DNA of 32,396 nt, from positions 1-32,396 of IMG/VR virus record IMGVR_UViG_3300024331_000069. One strand, written 5' to 3'. The position numbers and the translations under genes were made by a program. This document shows, in pieces, positions 8,500-16,107 of the stretch (positions within the stretch are counted from its first letter, which is position 1; each line of letters opens with the position of its first letter). Below the pieces are notes generated by a model. It was not told the origin of the DNA and made no database searches. It saw only the letters and a program-made list of their open reading frames with translations. This DNA comes from a virus (Duplodnaviria > Caudoviricetes).

Positions 8500-9453
8500 G
8501 TGAGTCCCATCGCGTACAACAACGTCACGTCCCGCACGGACGCCGCGGCGCTGATCCCTGAAGAGGTCTCGAAAGAGATGATCAAGCGGGCCGCTCAGGA
8601 CTCCGCCGTACTTCAGATGTTCCGGCGCGTCCCGGTCTCCCGGGCACAGGTCCGTTTCCCGGTGCTTTCCGCGCTGCCGGTGGCGTACTTCGTCAACGGT
8701 GACACCGGTCTCAAGCAGACCACCGAGATCAACTGGACGAACAAGTACCTCAACATCGAGGAGATCGCGACGATCCTCCCGATCCCCGACAACGTGGTCG
8801 CCGATGTCGACGCCAACGTGTGGGACGAGGCCATGCCGTTCATGGTCGAGGCGGTCGGGCGCGTCCTCGACGCGGCGGTGTTCTTCGGCACGAACGCCCC
8901 GGCGACGTGGCCGACCAACATCTCGGCGGCGGCGCTGGCGGCCGGCAACAGCCTGACGGGCAACCTGGCCGCAGCCTCCGGTGGCGGCCTCGGCGACATC
9001 GATGCCGCCTACGCGCTGCTCGACGCCGACGGCTACGACGCCTCCGGGTTCGTGGCCTCCACCGCATGGCGCGCCCGGCTGCGGTCAGCGCGCGACACGC
9101 TCGGTCAGAAGATCGACGACGACCGGGTGACCGGGGACCTGAAGGCCATCGACGGCCTGCCCGTTTCGTACCCGATGCGCGGGCTGTTCCCGGCCGGCTC
9201 GGGCGGTGTGTACTCCCTCGTCGGCGACTGGTCACAGTTCGTGGTCGGCGTCCGCCAGGACATCACCATGAAGATCCTCGACCAGGCGGTCATCACCGAC
9301 AACACAGGGGCGATCATCTTCAACCTGCCCCAGCAGGACATGACCGCGATCCGGCTCACGTTCCGGGTCGGCTGGCAGGTCGCCAACATCATCAACTACG
9401 ACCAGTCGACCGAGGCCAACCGGTACCCGGTTGCCCGGATCCTGATCCCGTAA
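8500..9453 (+). CDS. Major capsid protein (HK97 fold)
   Basis: 317 aa; LIPEEVSKEMI, PVAYFV, LDAAVFFGT, GDWSQFVVGVRQDIT, QQDMTAIR. True start may be 8509 (see findings). Confidence 0.93.
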   Translation: MSPIAYNNVTSRTDAAALIPEEVSKEMIKRAAQDSAVLQMFRRVPVSRAQVRFPVLSALPVAYFVNGDTGLKQTTEINWTNKYLNIEEIATILPIPDNVVADVDANVWDEAMPFMVEAVGRVLDAAVFFGTNAPATWPTNISAAALAAGNSLTGNLAAASGGGLGDIDAAYALLDADGYDASGFVASTAWRARLRSARDTLGQKIDDDRVTGDLKAIDGLPVSYPMRGLFPAGSGGVYSLVGDWSQFVVGVRQDITMKILDQAVITDNTGAIIFNLPQQDMTAIRLTFRVGWQVANIINYDQSTEANRYPVARILIP

Positions 9454-9465
9454 GCGAGGACGCTC

Positions 9466-9873
9466 ATGACCGCACCCTTCGGCAACAGCGTGGCGGTGGT
9501 CGTGCAGCCGCAGGCCACTGCCGGCAACGACCTCAACACCGACATCTTCGTCGCGCCACGTGCCGCGACCGTGGCGGGCGTGACGTACACGTCAGTCACG
9601 GCGATCACCGGCGCGAACACCAACTCCCGCACCGTGGTCCTGGTCAACCTGGGCCAGTCCGGTGTGGGTACCACGATCATCGCAACCCTCGCGTTCGTGT
9701 CGGGTGTGAACACCGTGGCGGGCGACGAGAAGACGATCACCCTATCGGCCACACCGGCCAACCTGGTCCTCGCGGCCGGCGACGTCCTGCAGTGGCAGTC
9801 CACCCACGTCGGTACGGGCATCGCCGACCCGGGCGGTCTCGTAACGCTCACGCTGTCTGCGAACTACGCATGA
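9466..9873 (+). CDS. Putative capsid decoration / virion protein
   Basis: 135 aa Thr/Val/Ala-rich, beta-strand-like, directly after the capsid gene; SD GAGGA. Confidence 0.6.
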   Translation: MTAPFGNSVAVVVQPQATAGNDLNTDIFVAPRAATVAGVTYTSVTAITGANTNSRTVVLVNLGQSGVGTTIIATLAFVSGVNTVAGDEKTITLSATPANLVLAAGDVLQWQSTHVGTGIADPGGLVTLTLSANYA

Positions 9874-10160
9874 ACGCGCGCAAGGATCACCCTGAGTCCG
9901 GCGCCGCTGGCAAGCAGGCCAAGGCCGACGCTGAGGCTGCGGACGCCACGAACATGGAGCAGGTGCAGGCTGCTGTCGACGTCGAGACGGAGCAGGGCTT
10001 CCGCGGCGTCGAGGTCGACCAGACCCCGAACGAGGCGTACACCGTGGCCGGGCAGGCGGCGGGAGCCGGCACGCCGGAAACCGACCCGGAGGTCAAGGCG
10101 GCAGCGACCGCAGGCCAGCGCGACGCCGAGGCCAAGGCCGCCGGCGTCGGCGACCGCTAA
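9870..10160 (+). CDS. Small acidic hypothetical virion-module protein
   Basis: ATGA overlap; MNARKDHPES...EQGFRGVEVDQTPNEAYTV; only this 3' part of the 8820..10160 ORF looks coding. Confidence 0.75.
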   Translation: MNARKDHPESGAAGKQAKADAEAADATNMEQVQAAVDVETEQGFRGVEVDQTPNEAYTVAGQAAGAGTPETDPEVKAAATAGQRDAEAKAAGVGDR

Positions 10161-10181
10161 CACGAGGGGAGGCGAGGTCTG

Positions 10182-10805
10182 ATGGCGGACCAGTTGGCGA
10201 GCCCGGCAGACCTCGCCTCACTCCTGCAGCAGGACGTCGACACGTCCACGGCAACCCTGCTCGTGGAGTGCGCCACTGCGGTGGTGCAGGCGATCGTCGA
10301 GCAGCGGATCGTTGAGGTCACCGAGACGGTGGTCCTCGACCTGGACGGCTTCGACGGTGGGGTGTATCTGCCGTTGCCGCAGCGCCCGGTCACCGCGGTG
10401 ACATCGGTCCTGATTGGCGCGACGCCGATCACGGATTACACGCCACAGTTCTCGCGGGGCCGACTGTGGCGGGCGTTCGGATGGCGGTCACTGCTGATCG
10501 CCTACTACAACCAGCCATCCACAGTGACCCTGAACGAAACCCACGGGTACCCGGCCGGGCATCAGAAGTTGCAACTGGGCCGGCACGCGGTGCTCAGCTT
10601 GGCCAGGGGCGCGTACAGCAACCCGTCGGGCGCGACCCGCGAGGCCATCGACGACTACTCGGTGCAGTTCGAGGCCATGTCTGCGCAGGCCGAGGCGTCG
10701 CCGTTCCTGGTGGCCGCACTGAAACGCCAGTACGGCCTACCTCCCGGGTCGGTGCGTCTGAGCGTGCACTCCGAAAGCACCTTCGCCTACGACCAGCGCG
10801 CATAG
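10182..10805 (+). CDS. Head-to-tail adaptor
   Basis: LASPADLA, LPLPQRPVTAVTSV, THGY, YSNPSGATREAIDDYSV motifs of actinophage adaptors; SD GGAGG/GAGGT. Confidence 0.85.
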   Translation: MADQLASPADLASLLQQDVDTSTATLLVECATAVVQAIVEQRIVEVTETVVLDLDGFDGGVYLPLPQRPVTAVTSVLIGATPITDYTPQFSRGRLWRAFGWRSLLIAYYNQPSTVTLNETHGYPAGHQKLQLGRHAVLSLARGAYSNPSGATREAIDDYSVQFEAMSAQAEASPFLVAALKRQYGLPPGSVRLSVHSESTFAYDQRA

Positions 10806-10815
10806 GAAGTGGCTC

Positions 10816-10953
10816 GTGCCCGAAGTGGATGAACTGATCGGCTGGCGGGTCATTGACCCGGACGGCAACGTGGTGGCCTCCGGGCCGCTGATCGAACTGG
10901 AGATGGCAACACAGATGGGCGAGCCCAAGGAGGCCGACGATGGCAGCAATTGA
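10816..10953 (+). CDS. 45-aa hypothetical protein (below the ORF-track cutoff)
   Basis: Read by hand: GTG CCC GAA...AAT TGA = MPEVDELIGWRVIDPDGNVVASGPLIELEMATQMGEPKEADDGSN; SD AGGA; fills the gap between neighbouring genes. Confidence 0.6.
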   Translation: MPEVDELIGWRVIDPDGNVVASGPLIELEMATQMGEPKEADDGSN

Positions 10954-11371
10954 CCAGACGATGGTCTCGAACATCCTCAACGCCACTACTCCAACCGGTA
11001 CATCCGGCGCGCCCGGGACGTTCAGTGCCGTGGGTGGCACGGCGATGAAGGTAAGGCTCAACTCGACCGCGTCGACCGCGTCGGCGGCCGGCACGGAGAT
11101 CGCGTCGGGCGGTGGCTACACCACCGGCGGTACCGCGGTGTCGGCGGCTTCGACCGCCTCGTCGGCCGGTTCCGCGGTCACACTGCCGAAGACCACCGCA
11201 CTGTCGTGGACGAACTCCTCGGGCGGAGCCTGGTCGATCGTGTCGATGGACCTCACGTCAAGTGCCGGCACTCGCTGCTGGTTCGGAAACTTCACCGGAC
11301 AGCCGATCTCGGTGGCGAACGGCAACACGTTCCAGATCGCCGCCGACGCCGTATCGGTATCGCTGACATGA
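10940..11371 (+). CDS. Virion structural protein (fiber/baseplate-associated type)
   Basis: SD AAGGAGG; GTEIASGGGY...W...ISVANGNTFQI pattern resembles small phage fiber-associated proteins. Confidence 0.65.
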   Translation: MAAIDQTMVSNILNATTPTGTSGAPGTFSAVGGTAMKVRLNSTASTASAAGTEIASGGGYTTGGTAVSAASTASSAGSAVTLPKTTALSWTNSSGGAWSIVSMDLTSSAGTRCWFGNFTGQPISVANGNTFQIAADAVSVSLT

Positions 11372-11679
11372 CCAAGGGCGTCATCGACAATCCGTACGTG
11401 GTCACGGCGACCGACTACCTGAGTCGCGCGATCACCGTCACGTTCAACTGGTCTCCGGTCAACCGCAGCCTCTCGGCGGCCCGCGTTGACCGCGACGCCG
11501 GGTGTCTGTACCAGAACGTGCTGATCGGGCTCGGACCGGACGGCACACCGGACACCACAGTGTCAGCGCTCCGCAGCAACGGCAACGGCGTGGTCACGCT
11601 GACCCCGCCGCAACTGGCTGCGATCAACTTGAACACGATCGACGACGTGGTGGCGACGCAGATCACCTTCGGCCTGTAG
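11368..11679 (+). CDS. Hypothetical protein, 103 aa
   Basis: ATGA overlap with the previous stop (MTKGVIDNPY...QITFGL); 3' part of ORF 11206..11679. Confidence 0.7.
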   Translation: MTKGVIDNPYVVTATDYLSRAITVTFNWSPVNRSLSAARVDRDAGCLYQNVLIGLGPDGTPDTTVSALRSNGNGVVTLTPPQLAAINLNTIDDVVATQITFGL

Positions 11680-11695
11680 GGGGGGGTGAGCCGCG

Positions 11696-13087
11696 GTGGC
11701 GCTGGCCATTGATGCGTCCTCGCCGGCCGTCGCCACCAGCTCGACCGCCACCTCAACGACCGCATCACATACCCCGCCGGCGGGATCGCTGAGTCTGGAC
11801 CTGTGGTCAGGCAACACGCACACCGCGCACAACCCGGCCACGCCGACGATCACCGACAACCTCGGCGCCCACCTGACGTACACCCTGAACGACTGGCAGT
11901 CGAGGGCTGACAGCCCCAACCGCGAAGGTCAGGCCGCCGACTGGACGGCGCCGGTCGCCACCTCGGCCGCCATGACCGTGTCGGCCACCTCCGGCGTGGC
12001 CGCAGGCGACTCAGAGAAGCACAACGCGCTGCAGGTTCAGGTCATCACCGGCCAGCACGCCACCCCAGTAGGCGCGCACGGCAAGTCCGGATCCGCCTCA
12101 GCGTCGACGATCGCCCAGTCCTACACCGCCACCGCCACCGGGTCGCAGGGCTTCATCGCCGTCTGTGACTGGACTGTGGCCGGGACCATGACGGCTGGGA
12201 CTGGCTGCACCCTGATTGCACAGGGCTCGGTGGCCGGGCAGTTCAACTACGGATTCTTCCGTCGCACCACCGCCGATGGCACCAGCGGCGGCACGACAAC
12301 CCTCAATGTCAACATCGGCGGCACGAGTACCGATCTTGAGTGGACGTACGTCGAGATCGTGCCGGCCGGCGGCGGGTCGACCGTCAACGCCACGGCGACC
12401 ATTGCGGGCGCCGGGTCCCTGACGTCGGCCGTCGTTCAGCAGGTGACTGCCAGCCTGACCGGCGCCGGCGCGCTGACCGCTCCCGCCCGCCTGTCCTCGG
12501 GCACGGCGCTGGTTGGTGTTGGCGCACTCAGCTCAGCAGTGGTGCAAGGCTCCGGCGGGGTGCCTACAGGCGCGGGTGGCCTGGCCGTCACTGCCGTTCA
12601 GGGTGTGACCGCAGCGATGGTGGGCGCGGGGGTGCTCAACGCGCCGGCCGTGCAGGGCGTACGCGCTACGCCGGCTGGTGTCGGCGCGCTAACAGCTCCA
12701 GCCGTCCAGGCCAGCGGTGCGGTGCTGGCCGGCTCCGGTGCACTCGCCGCCGCAGCGACCCAAGGCAGCGGCGCTTCCCTCGTCGGTGCCGGCGTCTTGC
12801 TCGCTGCCGGCTCCGTGCCGGGCGCAGGTACCGCAGCCCTGTCCGGCGCTGGCGCTTTGAGCGCGTCCGCTACTCAACTCGCGGGTGTGGCACTCGTCGG
12901 GCTGGGTGTCCTGACCGGCGCTGCGGCAGGTCAGGTCAGCGGGGTCGCGGCACTCGTAGGCGCCGGCGTGCTGACGATCAACCTGAACGACTGCGTGATC
13001 ACCCGGCCGTTCGCCGGCGTGACGTCCCGACCCGGATCTGGCTCCACGACCCGACCGAATACCGGGATCACCGACGACCCGTGCTGA
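11696..13087 (+). CDS. Putative neck/head fiber protein with Ala/Gly-rich repeats
   Basis: About 225-aa Thr/Ser-rich beta domain followed by about 11 copies of an 18-19 aa GxGxL repeat; lies among structural genes. Confidence 0.65.
   Translation: MALAIDASSPAVATSSTATSTTASHTPPAGSLSLDLWSGNTHTAHNPATPTITDNLGAHLTYTLNDWQSRADSPNREGQAADWTAPVATSAAMTVSATSGVAAGDSEKHNALQVQVITGQHATPVGAHGKSGSASASTIAQSYTATATGSQGFIAVCDWTVAGTMTAGTGCTLIAQGSVAGQFNYGFFRRTTADGTSGGTTTLNVNIGGTSTDLEWTYVEIVPAGGGSTVNATATIAGAGSLTSAVVQQVTASLTGAGALTAPARLSSGTALVGVGALSSAVVQGSGGVPTGAGGLAVTAVQGVTAAMVGAGVLNAPAVQGVRATPAGVGALTAPAVQASGAVLAGSGALAAAATQGSGASLVGAGVLLAAGSVPGAGTAALSGAGALSASATQLAGVALVGLGVLTGAAAGQVSGVAALVGAGVLTINLNDCVITRPFAGVTSRPGSGSTTRPNTGITDDPC
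12383..12990 (+). repeat. Degenerate 18-19 aa protein repeats (approx. xxxAxLxGAGxLxAxAxQ)
   Basis: Examples: QVTASLTGAGALTAPARL, SSGTALVGVGALSSAVVQ, GVTAAMVGAGVLNAPAVQ, ASGAVLAGSGALAAAATQ. Confidence 0.8.
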
Positions 13088-13096
13088 GGAGGCGCC

Positions 13097-13498
13097 ATGT
13101 CCGCTGCCTCCCTGCTGGCCCGTGGGCGTATCGCCGCCGAGGCGTTGATGGTCGACGCCTGCGTGATCCGACGCGTCACCGGCCAGACCACCGACGACCT
13201 CACGGGTGCTGTCGCGCCCACCTACTCCACCGTCTACACGGGCCCGTGCAAGGTGCAGGCCACCGGCGGGCGCACTGGTGGTGAGCGGGTCGAGGTCGGT
13301 GAGGTCGCTGCAGTGGTGGACCGGCTGCGCCTGGACCTGCCGGTCGCCACGTCGCTCGCCATCACCCACGGCGACCGGGTCACCATCACCGCCTGCACCC
13401 ACGACCCGGACCTGGTCGGGATGGTCGCGACCATCCACGACCCGATGGGCAAAAGCTTCGGAACGGCCCGCCGGCTCCTCATCGAAAGGGTGTCCTGA
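13097..13498 (+). CDS. Head-tail joining (stopper; DUF6093-like) protein
   Basis: GRIAAEALMVDACVIRR, TVYTGPCKVQ, GDRVTIT, KSFGTARRL; SD GAGGAGG. Confidence 0.8.
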   Translation: MSAASLLARGRIAAEALMVDACVIRRVTGQTTDDLTGAVAPTYSTVYTGPCKVQATGGRTGGERVEVGEVAAVVDRLRLDLPVATSLAITHGDRVTITACTHDPDLVGMVATIHDPMGKSFGTARRLLIERVS

Positions 13499-13878
13499 TG
13501 GGCGAGGTGAGCCTCGACGCGTGGATCGTGGAGCTGACCAAAGCCGAGTCGCAGGTGACGGCGCAGGCCGAGGCGGTCCTCACCAAGGGCGCGCTGAACA
13601 TCAAGAACGACTGGCGTGAACGGTGGACGGGACACCCGCACTTCACCGCCCTCCCGTTTTCGATCGGGTTCGACATCTACCACCTGCCCGGCTCGGCGCG
13701 GGCGCAGATCGGCCCGGACAAGAACATGCGACAGGGCGCGCTCGGCAACATCATCGAGTTCGGCACGGAGAAGAACGCCCCGATCCCTGGCGGACTGCCC
13801 GCCCTGGACGCGGAGACGCCCCGGTTCGAGATGCAGCTGGCGCTGCTTGGCGAACGGTTGCTGACCGGCCGTGGCTGA
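13498..13878 (+). CDS. Neck protein (HK97 gp10-like)
   Basis: KGALNIKNDW, AQIGPDK...QGALGNIIEFGT; position between stopper and terminator. Confidence 0.75.
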   Translation: MGEVSLDAWIVELTKAESQVTAQAEAVLTKGALNIKNDWRERWTGHPHFTALPFSIGFDIYHLPGSARAQIGPDKNMRQGALGNIIEFGTEKNAPIPGGLPALDAETPRFEMQLALLGERLLTGRG

Positions 13879-14287
13879 TCTCCTGGACCGGCTGCACTAC
13901 GACGCCGCCCTCGACCTGCTCCGCGCGGTCCCGAACCTGACCGTGTTCCCGGACGCGGAGGGCTTCACCCCGATCAACCCGCCCACCCCGTACGTGCGCG
14001 TGTACCTGGCCATCGACCGGCAGGCCGACGCCGGCGGCAACAGTCTGGCTGGCGTGTCGCAGGCGTGGACCACGCGCGTGTACTGCCACTGCGTGGGCGC
14101 CACCGAGTACGCGGCCATCGCGGTGCAGATGCTCGTGCGGTCGGGCCTGCTGGATGTTCGCCCGGTCATCGCCGGGCGGAACTGCGGCCCGTGGCGCGAG
14201 GAGCAGGCCACCCCGCCGGCCCGCGATGAGGGCACCGGCGTGGTCGCGTTCGACGCGATATCGGTCTACCGGCTCAAAACCAACTGA
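13871..14287 (+). CDS. Tail terminator/completion protein
   Basis: PPTPYVRVY, VYCHCVG, LLDVRPVIAGR; precedes the tail tube genes. Confidence 0.75.
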   Translation: MADLLDRLHYDAALDLLRAVPNLTVFPDAEGFTPINPPTPYVRVYLAIDRQADAGGNSLAGVSQAWTTRVYCHCVGATEYAAIAVQMLVRSGLLDVRPVIAGRNCGPWREEQATPPARDEGTGVVAFDAISVYRLKTN

Positions 14288-14311
14288 TCACTACCTGAAA
14301 GGGGCACGCCA

Positions 14312-14650
14312 ATGGCGGCTCTGACTTCCGTGTCCGTCACCACCGCCGGCGGCACGCCCGCCCCGGTGGCGGTGGCGTCGTCGGACACGATCGCGTCGAC
14401 CCAGTTCGGGGCGAATGGCTGCATGCTCCGAGTCATCAACGCGGGCGGTACGCAGGACTCGGTCACGATCTCCGATCCGACCTTGACCGACCTCGGCAAC
14501 GCCGGCACTCCCACGGCCGTGGTCGTGCCGATCACCACCGGCGTCCGGATGATCCTCATTCCACTGTCCGCGATCAACCCGGCTACCGGCCTCGCCACGG
14601 TCAACCACTCCTTCATCACCACCGTGACCTGCGAGCTATACCGCATCTAG
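14312..14650 (+). CDS. Small virion protein
   Basis: SD AAAGGGG; 112 aa beta-rich (LRVINAGG...VTISDP), between terminator and tail tube. Confidence 0.65.
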   Translation: MAALTSVSVTTAGGTPAPVAVASSDTIASTQFGANGCMLRVINAGGTQDSVTISDPTLTDLGNAGTPTAVVVPITTGVRMILIPLSAINPATGLATVNHSFITTVTCELYRI

Positions 14651-14717
14651 CTCGATCGATCGATCTTCCGCCAACTGAACAGCGACCGGCCGAGCCGGAT
14701 GACAGAGGAGTAAGCCA

Positions 14718-15227
14718 ATGGCAGTCGTCATCATGGACGGCCGGGTGCGGGTCTACTGGCTGACCGCGTGCTCGAACATCGCCGCCCCCACCACCACCGA
14801 ACTGAACGCCGGCACGAGCGTCGACCTGACCGGATACATCGTCCCCGACGGCCTCGACATCTCGGTAGACACCGGCAAGGTCGACGTCGGAAACGTCGGC
14901 TCGACGTACACCCTCAATCGGGTTGGTCGGCGCGTTCCCAGCATCAGCCTGACCTGCCACCATGACGCCACGTCCGGCAACACGGACCTGCCCTGGTCCA
15001 CGCTTATCTACCGCGCGACCGGCTTCCTGGCCGTGCGTACCGGTGTCGACAAGGCCACCGCGTGGACGACCGGGCATGGCGGCGGCGGTACGACCGGCGC
15101 GCTGCAGATGTTCCCCGTTGAGGTTGGCGAGTACAACCCGGTCAAGCCGGCGCCGGACACGTCGTGGGACTTCATGGTTCCCCTGACCGTGTACCTCGAC
15201 CCGAACCTGCGCGCAGTGGTTGCGTAG
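14718..15227 (+). CDS. Major tail (tube) protein
   Basis: DGRVRVYWL...IAAPTTTELNAG...GFLAVRTG...FPVEVGE pattern of actinophage tail tubes; SD GAGGAG. Confidence 0.85.
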   Translation: MAVVIMDGRVRVYWLTACSNIAAPTTTELNAGTSVDLTGYIVPDGLDISVDTGKVDVGNVGSTYTLNRVGRRVPSISLTCHHDATSGNTDLPWSTLIYRATGFLAVRTGVDKATAWTTGHGGGGTTGALQMFPVEVGEYNPVKPAPDTSWDFMVPLTVYLDPNLRAVVA

Positions 15228-15853
15228 TGCCCACGTTCGATGAGGTCCTCAAGTTGGCGGCACCCGCAGAAGACCGGGTGCCGCTGTGCCTCGCCGGGGA
15301 CCTGTACGCCGAACTGCGCGACCTGGAGCGGGCGCTCGCCGCGGCGCCGCGGGTCGGTTCGTCGCTGGCTGACCCGTCCCCGGCGGCCACCATCGAGCAG
15401 CAAATGAACTCGCTGCGGGAGCGGATGCAGGCCGCGACGGTGACGTTCGTCCTGCGCCGGATCAGCCCCCGGGAGTGGCCGCAGTTCTTCGCCACCCGCC
15501 CGATCGCGCAGACCGAAGAGCAGGCCGACGGCGAGGAGCACAACGCGGCGTGGTTCGCGTGGTGCGCCGAGCTGGTGTCGCGGTCCTGCATCGACCCGGT
15601 GATGACCGTGGAGCAGGTCGGCGAACTGGTCGACCGGCTCGCCACACCTGCGTGGGATGAGCTCGTCGGGTCGGCGTGGGCGCTGAACCGGGGCAAGCTG
15701 ACCGTCCCTTTCTTCGCCGCCGGCTCCGCACCGACCCCGACCTCCGAGCCGAAGTCGAGGCGGCGTGCGAAGTCGGCGTCCCGTACAGCAAATGGCGCGG
15801 TGCTGACGCTGTCAGCGTCACCACCTACGAGCACGACGACGCCGGCCGCCTGA
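15227..15853 (+). CDS. Tail assembly chaperone (gpG-like)
   Basis: GTG at 15227 overlaps the tail tube stop; sits between tail tube and tape measure; contains a slippery heptamer. Confidence 0.8.
   Translation: MPTFDEVLKLAAPAEDRVPLCLAGDLYAELRDLERALAAAPRVGSSLADPSPAATIEQQMNSLRERMQAATVTFVLRRISPREWPQFFATRPIAQTEEQADGEEHNAAWFAWCAELVSRSCIDPVMTVEQVGELVDRLATPAWDELVGSAWALNRGKLTVPFFAAGSAPTPTSEPKSRRRAKSASRTANGAVLTLSASPPTSTTTPAA
15706..15712 (+). other. Programmed -1 ribosomal frameshift site C CCT TTC
   Basis: XXXYYYZ heptamer in the chaperone reading frame; the -1 frame stays open to 16104. Confidence 0.8.
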
Positions 15854-16104
15854 CCCGGTCGGTCACCGAGACCGCCCCGGAGTGGACGGACGACGACCGG
15901 GCGCTGGTGCAGGCGCTGTTCGCCGAACGCAAGGCCACCTGCCCGGGTTGCGGCTACCCGACCGATGTGTGCCGGGACCCGTCGACGGCCGGGACGTGGC
16001 AGGTCCACACCCAGATCTGCGAGCCGGGCCGGGTGATGCAGGCCGCCACGGAGGACACCAAGACGCGCGGCCTGTACGTGTGGGCGACCCGGACGGGGGG
16101 CTGA
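15712..16104 (+). CDS. C-terminal part of the frameshifted tail chaperone (gpGT-like)
   Basis: -1 frame LRRRLRTDPDLRAEVEAA...EWTDDDRAL...CPGCG; no convincing start of its own; ends 3 nt before the tape measure. Confidence 0.75.
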   Translation, partial: LRRRLRTDPDLRAEVEAACEVGVPYSKWRGADAVSVTTYEHDDAGRLTRSVTETAPEWTDDDRALVQALFAERKATCPGCGYPTDVCRDPSTAGTWQVHTQICEPGRVMQAATEDTKTRGLYVWATRTGG

Positions 16105-16107
16105 GCT

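Noticed and set aside
11679-11686. G8 tract in the SD region of the 463-aa repeat gene as a phase-variation switch
   Set aside because: Intergenic, short, and plausible by chance at this GC content; read-level length variation would be needed.
14652-14665. TCGATCGATCGATC run before the tail tube gene
   Set aside because: Short low-complexity palindrome with no second copy or supporting context.
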